NCBI GenBank assembly: GCA_013375475.1
Contig: JABXKD010000098.1
Coordinates: 1-11,731, forward strand
Length of the DNA stretch: 11,731 bases
Reading direction: 5' to 3'
From: Promethearchaeota archaeon
Lineage (GTDB): Archaea > Asgardarchaeota > Lokiarchaeia > Sigyniarchaeales > SOKP01
In this document: positions 1 to 5,883 of the stretch, piece by piece
Layout of the letters: each line of letters starts with the position of its first letter
Numbering within the stretch: the first letter of the stretch is position 1
Program-made: the position numbers and the translations under genes
The notes under the pieces: model-generated
What the model saw: the letters and a program-made list of their open reading frames with translations, nothing else
Told to the model about the DNA's origin: nothing
Database searches by the model: none

Positions 1-1
1 C

Positions 2-496
2 GTCGAGTTAACCGTGCCTTCCGATCTTTTTGCGTTTGAGTCGAATGGGACGACCGTTGCAGAGATTAACATGATAAATCCTGTAAAGAAAAAGTACACG
101 CTATACGATTATCCCAAATTGGGATTAAACACAGAGATGGAATCTGCTGGCGGGAGTCTACATAAATTACTTATGATAGATAGCGAACAAAGCGCTAACG
201 CCGGTAACCCTTTCGTCAACTTAATTTATTCGATTACAGAAGTTGCGAAAGCTGATCCGACCTTTACCATCGCAGACGATTTATATCACGTGGAAACGCA
301 AAATTATCCAGTTTGGAACGGAGAAAAACTTATACACGACCCGACTCTTACCATATATTACGATCCTCAAGTTTCTGAAGAAGAACCATCGGTGCCGATC
401 GCGATCCCGGGATTCAACTTGTACGCGACGATTGCCGTTGCAAGCGCGGTCATAGCGATCCAAATAATAAAGCGTAGAAAAGGAATCAACCCCTAA
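2..496 (+). CDS. Cell-surface/secreted protein, C-terminal part (5' end outside window), with PGF-CTERM/Loki-CTERM-like sorting signal
   Basis: Frame is open from base 2 (VELTVPSDLF...), so the GTG at 14 is probably internal. It ends in an acidic/Pro linker, then IPGF, a hydrophobic helix (NLYATIAVASAVIAIQII) and KRRK, the tripartite archaeosortase-type signal. A T14 run follows. Confidence 0.8.
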   Translation, partial: VELTVPSDLFAFESNGTTVAEINMINPVKKKYTLYDYPKLGLNTEMESAGGSLHKLLMIDSEQSANAGNPFVNLIYSITEVAKADPTFTIADDLYHVETQNYPVWNGEKLIHDPTLTIYYDPQVSEEEPSVPIAIPGFNLYATIAVASAVIAIQIIKRRKGINP

Positions 497-505
497 ATTC
501 ATTTA

Positions 506-519
506 TTTTTTTTTTTTTT
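506..519 (+). terminator. Oligo-T archaeal terminator after surface-protein gene
   Basis: Run of 14 T starting 10 nt after the TAA at 494-496. Confidence 0.55.
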
Positions 520-750
520 GGCAGTAAAAAGAACTTAGAACGGAAAATAAAAATAAATAATAGATAAAATAGAAGGAAAAAACCTCTTCCGGAGTAGAAA
601 ATGACAGAATCTTTACAGTTTGGAAGTATCAAACCGAACGATCAAAATCTTATTTGGAATAAGTTTTCTATTTTTTATTCTAAATTGAATATTTCTCGGG
701 AATTCTCTAAAAACGACTTAAGAACTTGATGTTCCCTTAAAAAATAAGTG

Positions 751-760
751 AAAAAAAAAA
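751..760 (-). terminator. Oligo-T terminator of the proteasome alpha gene
   Basis: A10 on the + strand reads as T10 on the minus strand, 5 nt after the stop codon at 766-768. Confidence 0.55.
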
Positions 761-765
761 TTAAT

Positions 766-1530
766 TTAAGCTTTCGTCTCCTCGTTTATAAGGTTCAAGA
801 ACTCTTCCACTTCGTCCTTTGAGCACATATGGAATTTCTTATCTTCGGATTTTACATACGCGAATCTTGTGTTATCCTTCGTTGGTTCTTCGTTTATAGA
901 TTCTTTAAGAGCTCTTAATGTTAGTTTTACCGTTTCATCAAACGACAAGTCCTCTTTGTAATTCTCCTTCAAGTAGTCTCTCGCCGTTGCCTCTCCGCTC
1001 CCTAAGGCATATGCTTTAAACGCCCGATAAATGCCGCTCGGAGATGTCGTGTAAATCTGCGTTCCCGCTGGATCGATAGCAATAAAAAACAGAGCACACC
1101 CGAAAGGTCTGATTTAGGCCATGACTCTAATTGAGTCAAGATTTCCTCCGAACTGGGTGTACTGTTGCTTTATGTCAGCTAAGGATTTTACTAACATGTT
1201 TAATCTGACAGGCTCGTCGTAGGTTAAGCGAAAGGATTGCGCTTGAACGCGAGCGTAATTAATTAAAGTTCTTGCATCAGCGTGTAATCCTGAAATAGCT
1301 ACTCCAATATGTTCGTCAACTTGAAATAACTTGTCAATTGAGTCAGCGTCAATTAAATTCGAAGGAATTTTAATTTCAGCTGCTAAACAAACGCATTCTT
1401 TAGTTTTTACCGCTACAGCCAGGGTTCCCCTCCTAACCGCCTCTAGAGCGTATTCCACTTGAAAAAGGCGCCCTTCTGGACTGAACACCGTTAGAGCGCG
1501 GTCGTATTTAACTTGGCCACCGCCAAACAT
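766..1530 (-). CDS. psmA: Proteasome subunit alpha, interrupted by a 30-nt in-frame insertion/putative intron; join(1530..1143,1112..766) gives 244 aa
   Basis: N-terminal alpha signature YDRALTVFSPEGRLFQVEYA, then GTLAVA, VDEHIGVAISGLHADAR and KQQYTQFGG. After the TAA at 1114-1116 the same frame continues IRPFGCALFFIAIDPAGTQIYTTSPSGIYRAFKAYALGSGEATARDYLKENY... to the stop at 766. GTGAT SD-like motif lies 6 nt before the ATG. Confidence 0.95.
1113..1142 (-). other. Putative 30-nt bulge-helix-bulge (BHB)-type intron in psmA mRNA
   Basis: mRNA reads ...UUCG GAGG AA^A UCUUGACUC AAUUA GAGUCAUGG CCUA AA^U CAGA.... It has an inner hairpin UGACUC/GAGUCA, a central helix GAGG/CCUA (3 WC pairs plus one G.A), two 3-nt bulges and an outer exon-exon helix AGUACACCC/GGGUGUGCU. 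Cutting after the second bulge nucleotide on each side removes 30 nt and yields GGA GGA AUC AGA (G-G-I-R). Confidence 0.7.
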
Positions 1531-1600
1531 TTTACAATCACATTTTTGGTATTATTATATAATTTCAATTATGTGATTATATAGTGTAGAGAATTTTAAT

Positions 1601-1789
1601 TTATTGTTTATAAGCTAAAAAAAGAGTTTTATCATCATACACATAAAAACCTTGTTTAAAAAAAATATAAGGATCACCTTCCGAACTAATAATTCCATAC
1701 TTTCTTTGAAAATTAAAATATTTTATATATCCATATTTCTTTTCAGATTGAGCTACATCAGGTAAATAGTTTGTATGCATAGCTAGCAT
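1601..1789 (-). pseudogene. Cold-shock-domain (OB-fold)-like gene fragment or small protein
   Basis: GYIKYFNFQRKYGIISSEGDPYIFF resembles the CSD beta1-beta3 pattern GxVKWFNxxKGYGFI...D.FV. The domain appears incomplete, and the frame stays open upstream of the ATG up to the junction at about 1804. Confidence 0.4.
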
Positions 1790-1803
1790 TTTAAATTTTT
1801 GAG

Positions 1804-2118
1804 GATCCAGCAGGGCCTCAAATTTATACTACATCCCCAAGTGGAATTTATCGAGCATTTAAAGCTTACGCGTTAGGGAGTGGAGAAGCTACAGCAAGAA
1901 ATTACTTAAAAGAAAATTACGCAGAAGATTTGACATTCGACGAGACCGTCAAATTAACTTTAACCGCACTTAAGGAATCTATTAATGAAAAACCCACAAA
2001 AGATAATACACGTTTTGCTTACATAAAATCCGAAGATAATAAATTTCACATGTGCTCGAAAGACGAAGTAGGGAAATTCTTGAGTCTAATAAAGGAAGAG
2101 CCAGAACCTAAAGTTTAA
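1804..2118 (+). pseudogene. psmA: Proteasome subunit alpha, orphan 3'-half fragment (104 codons, no start)
   Basis: Translates DPAGPQIYTTSPSGIYRAFKAYALGSGEATARNYLKENYAEDLTFDETVK...EEPEPKV*. By hand alignment 87/99 residues are identical to the 1074..766 segment. There is an in-frame TAA at 1792-1794, and homology stops abruptly at GATCC (1804). Confidence 0.85.
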
Positions 2119-2243
2119 ATTAAAGCTTTTTTTAAGCTATTTCTATTTCGAAATTTTTAATTTTACATCAGGAAATAAATCACTAATAAGAACTAAAATC
2201 GATATTTCTTAAATTTAAAATAAATATAAAAAAAAATTAGTTA

Positions 2244-5243
2244 TTAAAATACTAATATTAGGTTTTCTGGAGAAGTATAGATCAGGGCATCGTCTACAAT
2301 TAGGGTCCATTTGTAAAATATGATAATGTTTCCTTTTGTAGTATTAACAAATCCATTTAAAACTAATCCTTCACCAAAATACAGATTAGTATCGACCACT
2401 GTGAAGTTTGTTACCGTGTTAGGACCATCAACATATGTAGTATTTTCAATTGGATACAAGTACGGTGGTAGAATTAAGTCGTAATCGACATTATTCGTCG
2501 TAGCGGTGTAAATCGAAAGGTTAACTTTAACTTGCAAACTAGGAGCGGAGAAATTAGTATCTAAATTCTGAAGGTCAACCATGAAGTTTGCCGGATTATT
2601 TGGGTAATTCATTGAGGATTCCATGTCAAAATTATAGGATATAGATAAATTAGAAGGAGTTGCGCCACCTGTCAAATTTAGATTTATGTAAGCATCTTGC
2701 GCGTTCTCACCATAACCTACTTCTCTGTCAAATGCTTCTACGAATCCTGCTAGTTTCAGTTGTTGGAGACTACCTGCTGTACTGTAGGTCGGAATATAAT
2801 AATAGATTGACCCCCCAATTGGATAAAGTAAGGTGTTTCCATTTCTAGCACCCGAAATTAGTGAGATTTGTTGAGTTGCTTCAGATCCATAAGTTTCCCT
2901 AGCTGTTTTTGGACCTATTAAATTTTCGCCAGAATCTCTAGTATAATAGAAAATGGCTTCCCCAAAATGATCTCCATGCCTAACAACGTACATTCCAGCT
3001 AGTAAAGTCGCTGTTAGTCCTTTGTATTCTACTAAATCTAAACCGACATATTCAATTCCTTCCCCTAAATCAGACTCTATGTAAAATAAGTCTCCGTCTT
3101 CTGGTCTTTCGTGGAAATCATCAGCTCGCCTCCAAGAAACTGAATTTTGTACGTGGTATATGTAATTTGCTTGAAGTTGTAACTCAAATAAATCTTCAGG
3201 ATATCTCAATTGATCTTTAAGCCAAGTTGGAGTTGGTTGCCAATTATATTTGTTTAGATAAATTTTCCAGAGAGGATAAGTTGGATCGTTAGCTGTTTCT
3301 AAGGAGGGATTTTTATAAAAAGACATCTCTCCAGTTAGTACATCCACAAGACTAATGCCCAAGAATCTTAACACCGGAAACTGAGCATAAGCACCAATAT
3401 TAATATAAGTATAAATCGAAACAGCGTAGAACATTTTACCTGATTCCATATTAAATACTAGATATGGATCATTATCAATTCTTAGTTGAGGAAGAAGTAT
3501 ATTCTCTACTCTAGATCTTACATTTCTATGGATAAGGTACTGATGTTCAGCTTCAAATGCGTATGCAAACAGTCCTATATTTAATGTTTTCCAAAATCCT
3601 TCTAAGCCATAAAGAGTTCCATCCGGTTCTCCTTCGTATGTGAATTCATTATTTGGAATTCCTAAAGACCATTCCGTACCAAGTAAGATGTCAGAATCGT
3701 AAGCTCCTAGTGATCCTTCTTCATAATAACCTAATGTCTGTTCAAGATATCGTGGACTTTCGCTTTCCCCAAAAAATATCGGGTAATTTTCAGATATATT
3801 AAACGTTGATGTCACATTTACTAAATTGCCAGTAAAAGTGTCCATTGCTAAAAATCCTTCAACATGATCATATAATTCTGTATTAGTCTGAACTGCATCT
3901 CCAGCAATTTCTGAGAACCTAACTGTTTTAGGAGCGACCCAATATTCCTTGTTGTTTATATATATGATATCCGAATCTGCTAAACCCTCAAAAGTAGAAC
4001 CTATTGAAGCTGCTAAATATTGAACTGCAAAGTTCTGATCAAATTGTCTAACTTGAGAAACCATTAAAGCGTCTGAGGTTGTAGACGATTCTGTAAAGTT
4101 TAAAATGGGTCGTTCTTCGAACATGTCTAATCCAGCGCATGCCCTCGTCCACTCTATTTCCCTACTGTATTTTTTAATCCATTGTTGTTCTGTCCACACT
4201 GCGGTGTTATTTAAGTTCAATGAAGGTCCAATGCTTATTATCAAGGGTGATATTACGAAAACTACTGCAACTACGATAACAAAGATAATTTTTTTCTGAC
4301 TAGTTCTTGAAAATATATAATTTTTTACATCCTTTTTGTATTGGGCTTTTCCATATACATAAATGAGAGCTCCTAATGATGTAAACGAGAAAAATCCGAA
4401 AATTAGTCCTAAAATTTGAATGACATTTATTCCATCTAAAGAAAGGGTAGGAATAAAAATGAATCCTAATCCACATATTAAGCCAATGATTGCTAAAATA
4501 TTTCCAGCTACCAAAAAATCGTTCCGACGTAAATAAATATTCTTCACAATATTAAGAGCTAATCGAAAAATTATAACGCCAATTACAAAAATTGCAATTG
4601 GTACGACTAAATTCGAATATACATAAACTGTAACGAAATCCGTATTATTTGCGTTGAAAATTACATTGAACGCATCAAAGATTAGGCTAGGAGATAATGG
4701 AATTTCTCCGTTTTCAATCAAATAAAGCGTCCAGGCAAAACCTCCGTTATTAGCATTAAGGGTTAATCCTAAGAAATAGAATAGTACAAAACCGATAGTC
4801 CACCAAAATATTAATGCTTTCAAATATGATGGTTTACCAAATCTTAATTTTGTCCCAATAACAGTTAACAAATTCCTCTCAGGTGGGATACTCATTAGGA
4901 TACTTCCAATAAATGCTCCTATTAACGCAGTTTTGTTGAATAAGAAACTAGTTGACCAAAAATTTAAGAAGAAAAAATCAAAGTAATCTAACCCACCCGC
5001 TTTACTTTCGTACAATTGGGATTGAAGATTAATACTGCCAAACCAAGCAGGCCACCACCAAAAAATCGCTAATACAACAATGATAGCAGCAATTATAATG
5101 GGGAGTATAATTAATCTTTTATAACGACCTTTTTTTTTAAAACGGCTGTATTTAAATCGACTTTCACTCTCTAGATTTAGTGCTTGACAATCTTCACAAT
5201 AATAGTTAAATGTTTTATGTTTTTCACAAGATTTTTTTGTCAT
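2244..5243 (-). CDS. UPF0182 (COG1615)-family membrane protein, 999 aa
   Basis: Multiple N-terminal hydrophobic helices are followed by a large soluble region with family-like motifs (EIEWTRACAGL, QVRQFD, YPIFFGE, IHRNVRSRVENILL..LRIDNDPYLV, VDVLTGEMSFY, LRYPEDLFELQ, NLIGP, GNTLLYPIGGSIYYYIPTY). Length is typical of the family. Confidence 0.8.
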   Translation of the reverse strand: MTKKSCEKHKTFNYYCEDCQALNLESESRFKYSRFKKKGRYKRLIILPIIIAAIIVVLAIFWWWPAWFGSINLQSQLYESKAGGLDYFDFFFLNFWSTSFLFNKTALIGAFIGSILMSIPPERNLLTVIGTKLRFGKPSYLKALIFWWTIGFVLFYFLGLTLNANNGGFAWTLYLIENGEIPLSPSLIFDAFNVIFNANNTDFVTVYVYSNLVVPIAIFVIGVIIFRLALNIVKNIYLRRNDFLVAGNILAIIGLICGLGFIFIPTLSLDGINVIQILGLIFGFFSFTSLGALIYVYGKAQYKKDVKNYIFSRTSQKKIIFVIVVAVVFVISPLIISIGPSLNLNNTAVWTEQQWIKKYSREIEWTRACAGLDMFEERPILNFTESSTTSDALMVSQVRQFDQNFAVQYLAASIGSTFEGLADSDIIYINNKEYWVAPKTVRFSEIAGDAVQTNTELYDHVEGFLAMDTFTGNLVNVTSTFNISENYPIFFGESESPRYLEQTLGYYEEGSLGAYDSDILLGTEWSLGIPNNEFTYEGEPDGTLYGLEGFWKTLNIGLFAYAFEAEHQYLIHRNVRSRVENILLPQLRIDNDPYLVFNMESGKMFYAVSIYTYINIGAYAQFPVLRFLGISLVDVLTGEMSFYKNPSLETANDPTYPLWKIYLNKYNWQPTPTWLKDQLRYPEDLFELQLQANYIYHVQNSVSWRRADDFHERPEDGDLFYIESDLGEGIEYVGLDLVEYKGLTATLLAGMYVVRHGDHFGEAIFYYTRDSGENLIGPKTARETYGSEATQQISLISGARNGNTLLYPIGGSIYYYIPTYSTAGSLQQLKLAGFVEAFDREVGYGENAQDAYINLNLTGGATPSNLSISYNFDMESSMNYPNNPANFMVDLQNLDTNFSAPSLQVKVNLSIYTATTNNVDYDLILPPYLYPIENTTYVDGPNTVTNFTVVDTNLYFGEGLVLNGFVNTTKGNIIIFYKWTLIVDDALIYTSPENLILVF

Positions 5244-5299
5244 ATAATAAAATCATCAGTTTTCTTTTTTACTTAAAATTAAAAAGTTAAATTTTTTTT

Positions 5300-5325
5300 T
5301 AGATATATAAAGCTTTAATATAAAA
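5300..5325. promoter_or_regulatory. Candidate back-to-back TATA boxes for the divergent 5243(-) and 5377(+) genes
   Basis: TTTATATAT on the minus strand (5303-5311) and TTTAATATA on the plus strand (5314-5322) overlap the palindrome TAAAGCTTTA (5308-5317). The AT-rich background lowers significance. Confidence 0.35.
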
Positions 5326-5376
5326 GATAATCAATTATATTAAGTATTTTCTTTTTAGAAATTAAGGTGTTCACTG

Positions 5377-5772
5377 ATGGTCAATAAGAAAAAAATTCGC
5401 GAAGAATTCGATAGAATCTTTGAAAGTGGTAATGAAAGTGCAATTAAATTGATGTTAGATAAGTTTCCTTGGTTACTTGATGAAGTATCAAATAAGATGA
5501 AAGGCGCAATAGGGGCCCAACAGCAAATAATTGCAGCTTTAGGCGTTATGGAAGATGAACTTGGACGTCCAGTTCCTATAGATGAGATTGTTTTTAGTTT
5601 GCGGATTGATTTTGATATTAAGAAAACAGAAGAAGAAGTACATAGCATTTTAAGGAGCACTGAAGAACTTAATTTAGCTAAGAAAGACTCAAACGGTTGG
5701 ACTTTAACTGTTGAAGGAGAAAAAGTATGTGACAATTATTTGAATAAAAATCTCGGAGACATTGAATTTTAG
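5377..5772 (+). CDS. Hypothetical protein with probable C-terminal winged helix-turn-helix, 131 aa
   Basis: Clean ORF with AAGGTG SD-like motif upstream. VPIDEIVFSL...TEEEVHSILRSTEELNLAKKDSNGWTLTVEGEKV matches the wHTH pattern (helix, recognition helix, wing, LTxxG). Confidence 0.7.
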   Translation: MVNKKKIREEFDRIFESGNESAIKLMLDKFPWLLDEVSNKMKGAIGAQQQIIAALGVMEDELGRPVPIDEIVFSLRIDFDIKKTEEEVHSILRSTEELNLAKKDSNGWTLTVEGEKVCDNYLNKNLGDIEF

Positions 5773-5883
5773 TTAAAATTTCTCTTTATTGCAGTTAAAA
5801 GTAATGTAAATAGCTTATTTCTAAAACGAAAATAACTAATATCATTCATTTATAAAATTAATTAATTCCAAAATGATATAAAA

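Noticed and set aside
243-502. Overlapping ORFs 243..455(+) and 281..502(-)
   Set aside because: Shadow frames of the surface-protein gene with no recognisable motifs.
520-750. Roughly 230-bp gap between convergent genes as a possible ncRNA or MITE
   Set aside because: No convincing stable stems, terminal inverted repeats, tRNA fold or C/D box pair could be seen by eye.
766-972. ORF-track 68-aa ORF as a separate gene
   Set aside because: It is the in-frame tail of psmA exon 2. Homology extends upstream to 1113 and the TTG is an internal Leu.
1114-1116. Simple stop-codon readthrough, recoding or a sequencing error as the explanation for the psmA stop
   Set aside because: The stop is part of 10 extra codons inside a motif that has no gap in the family. 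TAA is used as a normal stop by other genes in the window, and a single-base error would not create a 30-nt structured insert.
1337-1346. 10-nt match (TGACTCAATT on the minus strand) between exon 1 and the insert
   Set aside because: Too short to separate from chance in AT-rich DNA. Noted only as a possible alternative pairing partner for the insert.
1930-2118. 62-aa TTG-started ORF as an independent small protein
   Set aside because: Homology to psmA continues upstream to 1804, so the TTG is an internal Leu codon of a truncated fragment.
2660-4299. Antisense ORFs 2660..2848 and 4105..4299
   Set aside because: They lie opposite the 999-aa gene, are short and show no protein-like features.
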